From assembly GCA_041659805.1 (NCBI GenBank), contig JBAZXP010000001.1, positions 320,589 through 384,588 of the forward strand: 64,000 nt of DNA, in the 5' to 3' direction. Made by a program: the position numbers and the translations under genes. This document shows, piece by piece, positions 10,575 to 21,445 of the stretch (positions are counted from its first letter, which is position 1; each line of letters begins with the position of its first letter). The DNA comes from Microgenomates group bacterium (GTDB lineage: Bacteria > Patescibacteriota > Microgenomatia > Daviesbacterales > UBA10151). The notes under the pieces are model-generated. The model saw only the letters and a list, made by a program, of their open reading frames with translations, searched no databases and was not told the DNA's origin.

Positions 10575-11011
10575 AATTAGATAATTTATTAAAAGTAAAT
10601 GCCAGAAGCGCCAAAATCATCGGACGGGGAATCGGTTCCGGTAAAGGAAAACAATCAGGTAGGGGAACCAAAGGACAAAAAGCTAGGGGTAAGATTCCTG
10701 TAGGATTTATCGGCGGAACGCTTCCTTTATATAAAAAATTGCCTTATAACAGAGGTCAGAGAAACATGAAATCCAGATCAAATGCTTTGGCTGTTCCTTT
10801 GGCAAAATTGTCTGTTTTCAAAAATGGTGCAGATGTTGATATGCAAAGCTTAATTGATAATAGAATTGTAAGTGCAGTCGACGCTAAAAAGCGCGGAGTT
10901 AAAATAGTGGGCTTAGGAGCAGTTCCTGAAAAATTAATAATTAAATTACCTATCAGCGAAGGCGCTGGTAAGATAATAGAGGCTGCCGGTGGAAAGGTGG
11001 TCCGTGGATAA
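10571..11011 (+). CDS. rplO: 50S ribosomal protein uL15
   Basis: [27 protein letters not shown]. Confidence 0.99.
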   Translation: MKLDNLLKVNARSAKIIGRGIGSGKGKQSGRGTKGQKARGKIPVGFIGGTLPLYKKLPYNRGQRNMKSRSNALAVPLAKLSVFKNGADVDMQSLIDNRIVSAVDAKKRGVKIVGLGAVPEKLIIKLPISEGAGKIIEAAGGKVVRG

Positions 11012-12290
11012 TATCCTGGCCCCAATAATTAATTCTTTCAAAATTGCCGAATTACGACGTAAGATACTTATTACCACAGCAATAATAATTATCTATAGGA
11101 TTGCGTCCCATATTCCTATTAGTGGTGTTAATTTACAAGCTTTACAGTCCCTTTTTAATAGTAATCAAATGCTAGGCCTTTTGGATATTTTTTCCGGAGG
11201 CGCTTTAGTAAATTTTTCTTTGCTTTCATTGGGCTTAAATCCTTATATTAATGCCTCAATTATTATCCAGCTTTTGACAATGGTTGTTCCTTCGCTTGAG
11301 GCGTTATCTAAAGAAGGGGAATACGGAAGACAAAAGATCAATCTTTATACACGTTATATAACTGTTCCTTTGGCGCTTGTTCAGGCAATCGGTATGTTTA
11401 CGTTACTCAAAAATCAGGGAATAATTTCTGATGCGACACCTCTTTCGATGTTGGCAATTATTATTACCATGTCAGCAGGAACGATTTTAGCGATGTGGTT
11501 AGGGGAACTCATTACTGAATATGGTATTGGCAACGGAATTTCTTTATTAATTTTCGTTGGAATCGTATCTCGTGCCCCGATTGCTTTTTTCCAAACAATA
11601 TCTGTTGTTGATCAACAGCAGATATTAAATTTGCTCACTTTTGGTGCATTAGCATTAGCCGTAACTGCCGGTATCGTATTTATTAATGAGGGGCGAAGAC
11701 AAATTATGATTCAATATGCCAGACGACATGTTGGCAATAGAGAGGTTGGTGGATCATTTACCTATTTACCATTACGGGTGAATCAGGCAGGGGTGATCCC
11801 AATAATCTTTGCGGTGTCATTGGTACTTGTTCCAAGCTTCGGCGGACAATATTTATCTCAGGCAAATAATCCAAGTTTACAAAATATCGGTAGGTGGTTG
11901 GCTATTAATTTCAATGCACAATCAGTTACTTATAATTTAACTTATTTTTTGCTTGTGTTAGGTTTTACTTATTTTTATACAGCAGTTATTTTTAATCCCG
12001 TTAAAATTGCCGATGATATAAAAAAATCCGGTGCTTTTATTGCTGGTATCAGACCGGGAATCGCAACAGCTGCTTATTTAAATTATATTTTGGTTAGAAT
12101 TACTTTGGCAGGAGCCATATTTTTGGGTGCTGTTGCTATTTTGCCTTCCTTGGTTTCGCAAGTAACCGGAGTACAAACTTTAGCGGTTGGCGGAACGGGA
12201 ATTTTGATTGTGGTGTCAGTAGTGCTTGATACTGCCAAACAATTTGAAAGTAAATTAGTTGAAAGAAATTATCAAGGATTTTTAAAATAA
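11004..12290 (+). CDS. secY: Preprotein translocase subunit SecY
   Basis: [49 protein letters not shown]; GTG start at 11004 likely. Confidence 0.99.
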   Translation: MDNILAPIINSFKIAELRRKILITTAIIIIYRIASHIPISGVNLQALQSLFNSNQMLGLLDIFSGGALVNFSLLSLGLNPYINASIIIQLLTMVVPSLEALSKEGEYGRQKINLYTRYITVPLALVQAIGMFTLLKNQGIISDATPLSMLAIIITMSAGTILAMWLGELITEYGIGNGISLLIFVGIVSRAPIAFFQTISVVDQQQILNLLTFGALALAVTAGIVFINEGRRQIMIQYARRHVGNREVGGSFTYLPLRVNQAGVIPIIFAVSLVLVPSFGGQYLSQANNPSLQNIGRWLAINFNAQSVTYNLTYFLLVLGFTYFYTAVIFNPVKIADDIKKSGAFIAGIRPGIATAAYLNYILVRITLAGAIFLGAVAILPSLVSQVTGVQTLAVGGTGILIVVSVVLDTAKQFESKLVERNYQGFLK

Positions 12291-12292
12291 TT

Positions 12293-12841
12293 ATGGAAAA
12301 TAAGCACAAAAAAATAATGTTGGTTGGTCCACAGGGTAGTGGCAAAACAACTCAAGCCAAAATTTTGGCTGAAAAATTAAGGTTTAGATATTTAGGAACA
12401 GGAGAAATGCTTAGGGAGATTGCCGGAAAGGGCGGACCGGAAGCTGAAAAATTAAACGAAATATTCGCCACAGGGAAATTACTTGATGATGAGACGATCT
12501 GTGAACTTACCCAAAAAACACTAAGTCAACCGGAATATGAAAATGGATTTATTGTTGACGGATATCCCCGAACAGTTGCTCAAAAAAATATTTATGATCC
12601 TGATTTTGACATTATCCTTTATATTAAAGTATCAGATGAGGTAGCAATCAAAAGATTAACTTCCAGAGGAAGATCTGATGATACTCCTGAGGTAATTGCA
12701 AAAAGGCTTGAACTTTATCACCATGAAACTGGGCCGCTTTTGGATATTTTTTTGAATGAAGGAAAACTTTGGGTGGTTGATGGTGAGCAACAAGTGGAAG
12801 ATGTAACAAGACAAATTTTTAAACGCTTGGATATAAATTAA
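12293..12841 (+). CDS. adk: Adenylate kinase (short-LID type)
   Basis: GPQGSGKTTQ P-loop, DGYPR, RGRSDD; follows secY. Confidence 0.93.
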   Translation: MENKHKKIMLVGPQGSGKTTQAKILAEKLRFRYLGTGEMLREIAGKGGPEAEKLNEIFATGKLLDDETICELTQKTLSQPEYENGFIVDGYPRTVAQKNIYDPDFDIILYIKVSDEVAIKRLTSRGRSDDTPEVIAKRLELYHHETGPLLDIFLNEGKLWVVDGEQQVEDVTRQIFKRLDIN

Positions 12842-12843
12842 AT

Positions 12844-13629
12844 ATGGGAAAAAGCAACCAGTCGCCGAAAGAAACAGTTGCAATTAGGTCTCAAGAAGAT
12901 ATTCCTTTTTTGAAAGCCAGCGGGAAAATTACTGCGTTAGCTCTAAAGAAAACAATTGAATCAGCAAAGATCGGAATGAGCTTAATTGAGCTTGATAAAA
13001 TTGCAGAAGAAGAAATAATAAGACTGGGTGGTACATCATCATTCAAAACTGTTCCCGGGTATTTATGGACTTGTTGTCTGACTATTAATGATGAGGTCGT
13101 CCATGGAATTCCAAGAGATATTAAATTAAATGATGGGGATGTATTAAATATTGATTTAGGTGCTTTATATAAAGGCTGGCATACAGATGCAGCCTGGACA
13201 ATTATTGTAGGAAACGGTACACCGGGTAAAAAAAGATTTTTGGCGGTGGGGGAGGAAACTTTATGGAAAGCAATTGCTGCGGCTGTCGACGGAAATCAAA
13301 TTGGTGATATTTCTTCAGCAATTCAACAGGGAGTTGAAAGGGCAGGGTATAGCGTTGTTAAAAGCTTATCAGGGCATGGTGTTGGCAGAAAGCCTCATGA
13401 AGATCCTATTATTCCAGGATACGGAAGACAAAAAACAGGCGTATTTTTAAAATCAGGTATGAGTTTGGCTATAGAAGTGATCTATACAGAAGGCAAGGGA
13501 GATATTTATCAGAAGGAAGATAAGTGGACTTTAGCTTCAGTTGACCGCTCAATTGGAGGTCTTTTTGAGATGAGTATTATAGTAACAAAGGGTAATGCGG
13601 AGGTATTAACTGATTGGAGGAAGGTATAG
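12844..13629 (+). CDS. map: Methionine aminopeptidase type I
   Basis: NDEVVHGIP, D.G...GWHTD, GHGVG..HEDP. Confidence 0.97.
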   Translation: MGKSNQSPKETVAIRSQEDIPFLKASGKITALALKKTIESAKIGMSLIELDKIAEEEIIRLGGTSSFKTVPGYLWTCCLTINDEVVHGIPRDIKLNDGDVLNIDLGALYKGWHTDAAWTIIVGNGTPGKKRFLAVGEETLWKAIAAAVDGNQIGDISSAIQQGVERAGYSVVKSLSGHGVGRKPHEDPIIPGYGRQKTGVFLKSGMSLAIEVIYTEGKGDIYQKEDKWTLASVDRSIGGLFEMSIIVTKGNAEVLTDWRKV

Positions 13630-13677
13630 ACCTCTAGTCTTGTAATTTGAGGCTATTTTTGTTAAAATATTAAATCG

Positions 13678-13920
13678 ATGGATCAAGAGACGATTGAGGT
13701 TGAAGGGAAGATAACAGAGGTTCTGCCTAATACCTTGTTTAGGGTGGAGATTGATCGAGCGCCTGATTTGCCGGAGTTGGTGGGTAGAGTAATCTTAGCC
13801 CATATTTCAGGTAAAATGAGGTTGCATTATATAAAGCTTTTGACAGGTGATCGGGTGAGAATGGAAATGAGTCCGAAATATGACCTGACAAAGGCCAGAA
13901 TAACATTTAGATTGAAGTAA
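13678..13920 (+). CDS. infA: Translation initiation factor IF-1
   Basis: [25 protein letters not shown]. Confidence 0.98.
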   Translation: MDQETIEVEGKITEVLPNTLFRVEIDRAPDLPELVGRVILAHISGKMRLHYIKLLTGDRVRMEMSPKYDLTKARITFRLK

Positions 13921-13926
13921 ATATAT

Positions 13927-14043
13927 ATGAAAGTACAAGCAAGTATAAAAAAAAGATGTAAATTTTGTGAGACCGTTAAACGCGAAGGTGTTTTGTTCGT
14001 GATTTGTTCACGTGACCCAAGACACAAGCAACGTCAAGGATAA
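13927..14043 (+). CDS. rpmJ: 50S ribosomal protein bL36 (not in ORF track)
   Basis: My translation: [38 protein letters not shown]. Confidence 0.98.
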   Translation: MKVQASIKKRCKFCETVKREGVLFVICSRDPRHKQRQG

Positions 14044-14045
14044 AT

Positions 14046-14420
14046 ATGAGAATAGCCGGAGTAAATTTACCTGATAATAAAAGATTAGATATTGGACTGA
14101 CTTACCTTTATGGTATTGGTAGATCTAATGTTTTGATAGTTTTAAAAGAAACAGGGATAGATGCAGCAAAAAGAATTAAAGATCTGACTGAAGAAGAAGT
14201 TGGAAAATTACAGAAAGCTTTGGACAAGATAAAAATTGAGGGAGACTTAAGACAGGAAGAAAACCAAAATATAAAAAGATTGGAAGATATTGGAGCATAC
14301 AGAGGGTTAAGACATAGAAAAGGTTTGCCGGCCAGAGGACAAAGAACTAGATCTAACGCCAGAACCAAAAGAGGAAAAAGAAAGACGGTAGGTACACAAA
14401 AGAAAGAAGAAAAGAAATAA
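14046..14420 (+). CDS. rpsM: 30S ribosomal protein uS13
   Basis: RIAGVNLP, YRGLRH..GLP.RGQRTRSNARTKR. Confidence 0.99.
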   Translation: MRIAGVNLPDNKRLDIGLTYLYGIGRSNVLIVLKETGIDAAKRIKDLTEEEVGKLQKALDKIKIEGDLRQEENQNIKRLEDIGAYRGLRHRKGLPARGQRTRSNARTKRGKRKTVGTQKKEEKK

Positions 14421-14828
14421 ATGGCTAAACAAGTTAAAAAAGCAACAAAACAAGTTAAAGCAAAAAAGACAGCAGTTAAAGAAGTAACAAATGGTCGTGT
14501 TTATGTAACAGCAACTTTTAATAATACCTTAGTTACTATAACTGATAGTAAAGGTGATACTATTGCCTGGAGTTCTGCTGGGGCATCTGGTTTTAAAGGA
14601 GCAAGAAAATCTACTCCATTTGCTGCAATTACTGCTGTTGAAAAAGTAGCAGCAAAAGCAAAATCCATGGGTATGACTTCGGCAGAGGTTTATATAAAAG
14701 GTCCCGGTTCAGGACGGGATGCTGCAATTAGAGCATTAAAATCTGCAGGATTAAATATCACCATGATTGCCGACGTTACACCTGTTCCGCATAATGGAAC
14801 TAGGGCAAAGAAAAAGAGGAGAGTATAA
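14421..14828 (+). CDS. rpsK: 30S ribosomal protein uS11
   Basis: [27 protein letters not shown]. Confidence 0.99.
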   Translation: MAKQVKKATKQVKAKKTAVKEVTNGRVYVTATFNNTLVTITDSKGDTIAWSSAGASGFKGARKSTPFAAITAVEKVAAKAKSMGMTSAEVYIKGPGSGRDAAIRALKSAGLNITMIADVTPVPHNGTRAKKKRRV

Positions 14829-14831
14829 AAA

Positions 14832-15434
14832 ATGGCTAGATATACAGGACCAAAAAGAAGATTAAGTAGACGTGAAGGTGTAGCTCTTTTTACAAAAGAT
14901 GCTGCGTTTATCGAAAGAAAAGGAATTGTCATTCCGGGATTTCATGGAACCAGACGTGCTCGCAAACAATCAGAATATGGGATCCAGCTTAGAGAAAAAC
15001 AAAAAGCAAAAAGAATGTATGGCCTTCTGGAAAAACAATTTGCTAATTACTTTACCAAGGCCAGCAAATCCAAAGGAAACACAGGAGAAAAATTACTATC
15101 TTTACTTGAAACAAGATTGGATAATGTCGCATACCGCCTAGGATTTTCTCCGTCACGGGCTGGAGCCAGACAAACAGTTTCGCATGGACATATCCTTGTA
15201 GATAACAAAAAAGTGAACATTCCGTCATTTCAAGTGAAACCCGGATCAACTGTTGCTATTTTGGGCAAAATGTCGGATAATACTCAAGTTCGTAAGAGTT
15301 TATCAAGCGATCAGACCTTGCCGGAGTGGCTAGAAAGAAAAGCTACAGTAGGCAAGGTTTTACGATTGCCTAAACGGGATGAGATGGAACAGGGGATAAA
15401 CGAACAACTAATTGTTGAGTATTATAGTAGATAA
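14832..15434 (+). CDS. rpsD: 30S ribosomal protein uS4
   Basis: MARYTGP, QLREKQK, LETRLDN, IVEYYSR. Confidence 0.99.
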   Translation: MARYTGPKRRLSRREGVALFTKDAAFIERKGIVIPGFHGTRRARKQSEYGIQLREKQKAKRMYGLLEKQFANYFTKASKSKGNTGEKLLSLLETRLDNVAYRLGFSPSRAGARQTVSHGHILVDNKKVNIPSFQVKPGSTVAILGKMSDNTQVRKSLSSDQTLPEWLERKATVGKVLRLPKRDEMEQGINEQLIVEYYSR

Positions 15435-15444
15435 TAAAAATAAT

Positions 15445-16356
15445 ATGTTAAATTTTAAAATTAAAACAATTGAAGAAAATAAAACAAACGGCATCTTTGA
15501 GATGGAACCATTAGAACGTGGTTTTGGTCATACTGTTGCTAACTGTTTAAGAAGAGTTCTTTTGACAGCATTACCAGGCGGAGCTATTTCAACCGTTAAG
15601 ATTGATGGAGTATCCCATCAATTTTCTACAGTCACTGGTGTTTCAGAAGATGTTATTCAAATTATTTTAAATTTAAAACAAGTGAGAATTAAAATTTTCT
15701 CAGACACTCCTATTAAACTTTCCTTAAAAGCTACGGGCAAAAAAGAAGTCACAGCAAAAGATATTGAAGTATTAGGCGGAGGAGAAATCGTAAATCCGGA
15801 TCAGCACATCGCTTCTTTGACTACACCTTCAGCTAAATTAAACATTGAAATGGTTGCTGAAAAAGGTGTTGGATATATCGGCGCAGATGAAAAGAAAACA
15901 CAGGAAATTGGTGTTATGCCAATTGATTCAATCTTTACGCCTGTTCTTTCAGTTACCTATAAAGTTGAACCAACCAGGGTTGGAAGAAGTTCAAACTATG
16001 ATAAGCTAATTTTAGACATTAAAACCGATGGAACAATTGCTCCGCTTGAGGCATTAAATCAATCAGCTGCAGTACTTAGTGCTTACTTCAAGCAAATCTA
16101 TGAACCTACTTTTGAAGGTGAAGAGATCACAGCAGAACCAACAGTTTCTGAAGATGCTTTAAAAATGAGTGTGGAAGAATTAGATTTACCGGTTAGAATT
16201 ACCAACGCTTTGAAAGCTGTTGAAATAAATACAGTCGGAGAATTAATTACAACTCCAAGAGCAACTCTTTTGAAAGCTAAAAATTTGGGAGTTCAGTCTT
16301 TAACGTTAATCTCTGAAAAGTTAACAGAAAGGGGTTTAACCTTAAGTGAGGCATAA
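15445..16356 (+). CDS. rpoA: RNA polymerase alpha subunit
   Basis: EPLERGFGHT..N.LRRVLL, IDSIFTPV, TRVG...YDKL, alpha-CTD ELDLPVR..N.L. Confidence 0.99.
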   Translation: MLNFKIKTIEENKTNGIFEMEPLERGFGHTVANCLRRVLLTALPGGAISTVKIDGVSHQFSTVTGVSEDVIQIILNLKQVRIKIFSDTPIKLSLKATGKKEVTAKDIEVLGGGEIVNPDQHIASLTTPSAKLNIEMVAEKGVGYIGADEKKTQEIGVMPIDSIFTPVLSVTYKVEPTRVGRSSNYDKLILDIKTDGTIAPLEALNQSAAVLSAYFKQIYEPTFEGEEITAEPTVSEDALKMSVEELDLPVRITNALKAVEINTVGELITTPRATLLKAKNLGVQSLTLISEKLTERGLTLSEA

Positions 16357-16858
16357 TGTTTATGGTAAACACCTTGGGAGAAATAAAAATCAACGCACAG
16401 CTCTTTTTAGAGGACTAATCCGCGCACTCGTTTTGGAAGGCTCAATCGTTACCACAGAAGCAAAAACTAAAGCAATTAAAGGTTTGGTTGATAAATTATT
16501 TGCAAAAGCTAAAAAAGGTGATACTGCTTCTCAGAATGTGATTGTTAGAACGGTTCCTCAAAAAGAAGTTGTTAAAAGAATGCTGGAACTTTCAAAACTT
16601 ATGAAAAACAGAAATTCAGGTTTTACCCAAACAGTAAGACTTGGTACAAGGGCTGGTGATGGAGCAATGATGATGAAGATGAGCATTATTTCAGATAAAT
16701 CAGAAGATAAGCAGAGCTTGCGATCAGACGATCTTCAGAAAATCAGTGGGTCAGAAAAAGAGGAACTAGAATCAAAAGAAGAAAAGAAAGTAGAGAAGTT
16801 AGAGAAAAAAGAAAAAGAAGCAAAAACTAAAATAACAAAGAAAGTGAGCAAAAAATAA
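16346..16858 (+). CDS. rplQ: 50S ribosomal protein bL17 with charged C-terminal tail
   Basis: MRH...LGR...R.AL, TTEAK.K, R.SGFT, R.GDGA. Confidence 0.98.
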   Translation: MRHNVYGKHLGRNKNQRTALFRGLIRALVLEGSIVTTEAKTKAIKGLVDKLFAKAKKGDTASQNVIVRTVPQKEVVKRMLELSKLMKNRNSGFTQTVRLGTRAGDGAMMMKMSIISDKSEDKQSLRSDDLQKISGSEKEELESKEEKKVEKLEKKEKEAKTKITKKVSKK

Positions 16859-16889
16859 GCAAAGCTTGAATTTTGCTTAACAAAATATA

Positions 16890-17330
16890 ATGTCAACAAA
16901 CGCATTAAAAAAATCAGAAATAAAAAGAGAATGGCATTTAATTGATGCTAAAGGAAAAATCTTGGGAAGGTTATCTACAGAGATAGCTACAATTTTAATG
17001 GGAAAAAATAAACCAAATTTTGTTTCTTATTTAGATAACGGTGATTATGTAGTTGTTATAAACGCAAAACAAGTTAAAGTAACAGGAGCTAAAGAAACAC
17101 AAAAAGTTTATACCAGACACTCAGGTTATCCTGGGGGTTTAAGACAAGAGACACTCGCCAAATTACGTGAGAGAAAACCGGAAGAGATAATCAGACATGC
17201 AGTTAAAGGAATGATTCCTAAAACAAAGTTAGGTGCAGACATGATTGCAAAATTACATGTGTATGCAAGCACTACTCATCCATATGAAAAGAATTTTTCA
17301 AATGAAAAGGAGATAGAAAATGCCAGCTAA
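16890..17330 (+). CDS. rplM: 50S ribosomal protein uL13
   Basis: W.LIDA....LGRL, GDYVVVINA, HSGYPGG. Confidence 0.99.
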   Translation: MSTNALKKSEIKREWHLIDAKGKILGRLSTEIATILMGKNKPNFVSYLDNGDYVVVINAKQVKVTGAKETQKVYTRHSGYPGGLRQETLAKLRERKPEEIIRHAVKGMIPKTKLGADMIAKLHVYASTTHPYEKNFSNEKEIENAS

Positions 17331-17721
17331 AGTAGTACCGGTTCAGACAACAGGCAGAAGAAGAGAAGCTGTTGCCAGAGTTAGGGTGATGGAAGGAAAT
17401 AGTCAAATTATAGTTAACGGTAAACCAATCAATGAAAGATTTGGTGGAGTTATTATGCAAAGAACGTATCAAAAACCATTTGAAGTCACTAAAACAATTG
17501 GTAAATATACAGCAACTTGTAAAGTAGTCGGTGGGGGACAGATGGGACAACTGGACGCTATAGTTCATGGAATTGCCAGGTCGCTCGCTAAAATTTCACC
17601 TGAATTTAAGGATTTGGTCAAAGACGCAGGTTTACTCACAAGAGATCCCAGAGCTAGGGAAAGACGCAAAATTGGTTTAGCTCATGGTGCTAGAGCCAAG
17701 AAACAATCCCCAAAGAGATAA
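17320..17721 (+). CDS. rpsI: 30S ribosomal protein uS9
   Basis: TGRRREAVARV, GGG..GQ..AI.HGIAR, LTRDPR..ER.K. Confidence 0.99.
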   Translation: MPAKVVPVQTTGRRREAVARVRVMEGNSQIIVNGKPINERFGGVIMQRTYQKPFEVTKTIGKYTATCKVVGGGQMGQLDAIVHGIARSLAKISPEFKDLVKDAGLLTRDPRARERRKIGLAHGARAKKQSPKR

Positions 17722-17934
17722 GGTTTCTCCAAAGCAATCAAGTAAAGTAATAAGCAGGGTGATGCAAGTGGAAACCATTGCGATATTTATTAGTCCCATT
17801 AAGGATAATGGAATTACAATTCCTGTTTCAGAAATAACTCCAATTAATTGTTTTCTGAAAAAAAACATATATATAACAACCAGTAAAGAAATGGTAATTT
17901 CAGCTATATATAATATTGAAAGTGTTGTAAGCAT
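17677..17934 (-). CDS. Small hypothetical membrane protein
   Basis: Two hydrophobic segments; TAA-ATG coupled to the upstream ORF; overlaps the rpsI 3' end by 45 nt. Confidence 0.45.
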   Translation of the reverse strand: MLTTLSILYIAEITISLLVVIYMFFFRKQLIGVISETGIVIPLSLMGLINIAMVSTCITLLITLLDCFGETLSLWGLFLGSSTMS

Positions 17935-18579
17935 TTAAATAATTCTATTCATCCCTTTTAATTCTTCTCTATACAGTAAATCCATGGGATTGAATTTATC
18001 TTTATACCAAGATTGCTCAATATTTATTTGTCCTTTATTAAGGTTATTACCGGTGAGTTCATGACATAGTAAATGTCCAACTTTTCGATAATTTTTTACA
18101 TTTTTTAATTCAAATTCCTGTGAATGAGTGGGTCGATCAAATGTGATTAGAACGTTACCTATTCCTAAAAGATCATATAACATACCATTTGTTTGCATAT
18201 CCACTTCTGTAACTCTTACTTGTTCTAGCAAAACCTCGTTCATGATACAGGAAGTGAAGGGTGAAAAAGCAATTTCCAGAATTTTTTTATTAGTAATGAT
18301 ATAGGAATGAAAATACCAATCTGTTAAAGTTCTGGTTAAAAGAATAATTCCAATATTTAAAGATAACATTACTGATGTAAAAAGTAATAAGATAGAACCT
18401 AGAAAATAATATATTATTACAGATCCGGAGAGAAAAAAAAATATTAGTAAAAAAATTAACAAAAGGGTAGTGAAGGTGGTAATAAAATGCTTTCTTACAA
18501 CAACAATTACTTTTTCATTCGGATACTGTAAGAAAGCATTACAACTATGTTCTGTAATAGCTTCCGTCTCGTAATCCAT
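17935..18579 (-). CDS. Membrane protein with bacterial PH-like domain
   Basis: EKV...RKH, two TM helices, DWY...YIITNKKI...G...LG.G.V.I pattern typical of bPH-domain membrane proteins. Confidence 0.7.
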   Translation of the reverse strand: MDYETEAITEHSCNAFLQYPNEKVIVVVRKHFITTFTTLLLIFLLIFFFLSGSVIIYYFLGSILLLFTSVMLSLNIGIILLTRTLTDWYFHSYIITNKKILEIAFSPFTSCIMNEVLLEQVRVTEVDMQTNGMLYDLLGIGNVLITFDRPTHSQEFELKNVKNYRKVGHLLCHELTGNNLNKGQINIEQSWYKDKFNPMDLLYREELKGMNRII

Positions 18580-18727
18580 ATAGTCCAGTCGGACCTACTT
18601 TACAGCCTGATTTTACCAAAAGGTTTTTAAATTACAAGATATCAAAATTTCTATAAGATACATTTAGGCATAAATCTAATAGATACTTTGTAGTTAAGAT
18701 GTTAAAGATTAGTACGGGTTTAGAAAA

Positions 18728-20269
18728 TTAACTGACATAAGAAACGTCAATATCGTCTCCGTCAAAAACATACTCTACTTTTCTATCTTTGAATGTTGTT
18801 TGTAGATGAACAGGTCTACCCCAAAGCCGGAAGATGTGGGGTAATGTTTTTTTAATATAATCAGAATCCAGTTCTCTGCCTTCATAAAGATGTGAGATAT
18901 GTAACTCATGTTTACCGTAATATTCACAATCTGTTACCTCAAGATAAGGATACCCGGAATTATTCTGTGATTGGACTAAGACTTCTCTGATAATTTTCCA
19001 ATCCTTTTCTTTAACAACATATCTAATTTCTCCCTCAATTTCTTCTCTTTCATAAATATATGTGGCAGTCCTGTCACAGGCAATTTTGTCAAAATGGTTT
19101 CTTAAAAATCCTTGATCATCTTCTGTCTTCATAATACTCCTGATTTTTTTCCTACCAGGGCTATCTTCAATTGGACCATTATATTCAGGATAAATAGGTA
19201 GTCTTTCACTCTCTAGCCATCTTTTTTCTTCGTCTTCAATCTTTCCGTTATAGTAATCTTCTAAATAATCAAATATTGTCATCCCAACATAGTAAGGATT
19301 AATGTGTTTTGGATTTGGGTGCACTACTCCGGCATGAAGCGTCCACCATCCTTCCTGTTCGGCAGGTGAGATATGACCTCTTCTTCCCATCTCTCTCATA
19401 ATTCTTTTATGCCAAAAAGTAGCCCAGCCTTCGTTCATTATTTTCGTTCTCATTTGCGGACGGAAATAAATTGATTCAGAACGGACGATATCTAAAACGT
19501 CTTTTTGCCAGTCTTTTATAACGGGAGAATATTCACGGATGATATGAAGTAAATCCCTGTCAGGATGATAAGGGATAGTAATATTATCAGGTATTATTAA
19601 TTTTTCCTGAGTCTGTCCTATGTTGAATACATCATCATATTCTGTTTTGGGTTTTTCAGCCTTTCTTCTTTTTTCTTTGTCTTCTTCTCTCCATGCAGTA
19701 ATTTGCCTATCTTTCGGTAGACGGTAAAAATTTTTTTCGTCCGGATCAATGTGCTCTTCAATAGTCAGACATGAATCCAAATATCTTTCAACTTCGTTTT
19801 CACCAACTTCTAAACCATACCCTCTAATTCTTTCCGCACTTAAGGCAGCTGTTTGGGGCATATCTTTAGGCGTTGGTTTAAATACGTTGCTGTTGGTAAA
19901 AAAATCTACATGAGCTAAGACGTGAGCAAGAACCATTTTATTAGCAGCCGAATCATTATTATCTAATAAGTATCCTTGGGCGGGATTTGAGTTAATAACA
20001 ACCTCATAAATTTTAGAAAGTCCATGGTCGTACATGGTCTTCATTTGACGGTAGGCTCTGCCGTATGACCAGTGTGAAAAACGGACAGGTAAACCGTATG
20101 AGCCGATTTCGTATATTTTATGAGCGGGAACTAATTCAAAATGAGTGGGGCAAGGCTCTAGTCCAAATTCCTTGCTGATTTCCCAAATATGACCCAATGA
20201 TTGTTCTAAATCATCAACTTGATTTCCTTTACCTCCTGAATTAAAAAATTGATCAAATTCGTTGGCCAT
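18728..20269 (-). CDS. spoVR: SpoVR/YcgB family protein
   Basis: GLP.RFSHWSYG, YEVVINSNP, AHV.AH.DFF, YFRPQM.TKIMNEGWATFWH, NPY..G. Confidence 0.95.
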   Translation of the reverse strand: MANEFDQFFNSGGKGNQVDDLEQSLGHIWEISKEFGLEPCPTHFELVPAHKIYEIGSYGLPVRFSHWSYGRAYRQMKTMYDHGLSKIYEVVINSNPAQGYLLDNNDSAANKMVLAHVLAHVDFFTNSNVFKPTPKDMPQTAALSAERIRGYGLEVGENEVERYLDSCLTIEEHIDPDEKNFYRLPKDRQITAWREEDKEKRRKAEKPKTEYDDVFNIGQTQEKLIIPDNITIPYHPDRDLLHIIREYSPVIKDWQKDVLDIVRSESIYFRPQMRTKIMNEGWATFWHKRIMREMGRRGHISPAEQEGWWTLHAGVVHPNPKHINPYYVGMTIFDYLEDYYNGKIEDEEKRWLESERLPIYPEYNGPIEDSPGRKKIRSIMKTEDDQGFLRNHFDKIACDRTATYIYEREEIEGEIRYVVKEKDWKIIREVLVQSQNNSGYPYLEVTDCEYYGKHELHISHLYEGRELDSDYIKKTLPHIFRLWGRPVHLQTTFKDRKVEYVFDGDDIDVSYVS

Positions 20270-20270
20270 A

Positions 20271-21422
20271 TTATGCAACTAAGGTTTTTGTGGGGTCAAA
20301 AACAGCCTGAAGATTAGGCCAAACATCTTCGCGTCTGCTAATAGTCCCTGCATAAAATCTTGGGTTTGAAATAGATCGTCGGTATTCACCGATTAGTCCG
20401 CCGGAAGTGTCATATCCTACCTGAATATAAGTGTACAAATTCACAGGAATTTTTAACATTTCTTGTACTGCTTTAGTTGATGCAGAAGTGTCAGAATCAC
20501 CCCAGTTATCACCATCTGAAAAATGCATAGGGTAAATATTGTATGAATCAACGGGGTAACGTTTTTTAATAATATCCAGTGCTGCAATATTAGCAGAAGA
20601 ACATTTAGTTCCGCCCCCGGCGCCCCTTTTGAAGAATTTTTCTTCATCTACTTCATAAGCCTCAGTATCATGAGCAAGAAAAACTATATCAACTTTTGGG
20701 TATTTAGTTCTTAAAAATTTCACAGCCCACCAACAAAAAGCCCGACTGGCATAAATTTCAAAGTCTCCCATTGATCCGGAAATATCCCTCATTGGGATAA
20801 TAACTGCCTTTGCCTGTTCTCTTTGCTTTTCCTGATATGTTCTAACACGGAAATCTTCCGGAATAATGTCTCCAATTTCTGCTTTGCCGCTTTCTGTCGC
20901 GTTTCTTGTGATATTTGCGTAAACTGTTCTTTGTAAATCTAAATTACTCGGTGTTTTTCTTTTTGCGACAGTATCAAAGGTTGGTTTTTCAGAGATTACA
21001 TCTTGATCCTTTTTGGGCAAGAGATGGGGGAGTCCCAAATCTTTAAAAATCATTGCTTCCAGCTCTGCAATACTTATTTCAGTTTCATAATATTCCACAC
21101 CCGGTTGGTCTCCCGCGCCTTGTCCGGATTGTGATTCAGAATCAATAGTATCTCCCTCCTTTTCTCCTCCTTCTCCGTTTCCAACTCCGCCCTCGTCATT
21201 TTTATAAATAATCCGTGGAAGATTAAGGGCGCGCATTGGAATTTTAACTATTCTTTTGCTGGTTGGATCCGCGGTGATGATACTCCCGTCACTAACAATG
21301 CTATCTAAATTGCCTTGGATTGCTTCTTTGACCTTTTCGTCATGACGGGCAGCATCTCTTGACCCTTGTTGGTTTAGGGACCAATCATGTTTAGAAATAG
21401 ATACAATATCAAACTCATTCAT
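20271..21422 (-). CDS. yeaH: YeaH/YhbH (DUF444) vWA-domain protein
   Basis: DAARHDEKVKEAI, GAGDQPG.EYYE, L.LP.L..K, MIDAS DISGSM, GGT.CSSA, YP.HFSDGDN. Confidence 0.93.
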   Translation of the reverse strand: MNEFDIVSISKHDWSLNQQGSRDAARHDEKVKEAIQGNLDSIVSDGSIITADPTSKRIVKIPMRALNLPRIIYKNDEGGVGNGEGGEKEGDTIDSESQSGQGAGDQPGVEYYETEISIAELEAMIFKDLGLPHLLPKKDQDVISEKPTFDTVAKRKTPSNLDLQRTVYANITRNATESGKAEIGDIIPEDFRVRTYQEKQREQAKAVIIPMRDISGSMGDFEIYASRAFCWWAVKFLRTKYPKVDIVFLAHDTEAYEVDEEKFFKRGAGGGTKCSSANIAALDIIKKRYPVDSYNIYPMHFSDGDNWGDSDTSASTKAVQEMLKIPVNLYTYIQVGYDTSGGLIGEYRRSISNPRFYAGTISRREDVWPNLQAVFDPTKTLVA

Positions 21423-21445
21423 AATTAATATTACACGGTTGATTC

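Noticed and set aside
16856-16879. 8-bp inverted repeat TAAGCAAA/TTTGCTTA between rplQ and rplM as an L13 leader
   Set aside because: Too short and AT-rich to support a call; no further structure
17684-17938. Plus-strand 84-aa ORF after rpsI
   Set aside because: Starts inside rpsI out of frame; the minus-strand ORF is better supported by coupling and TM pattern
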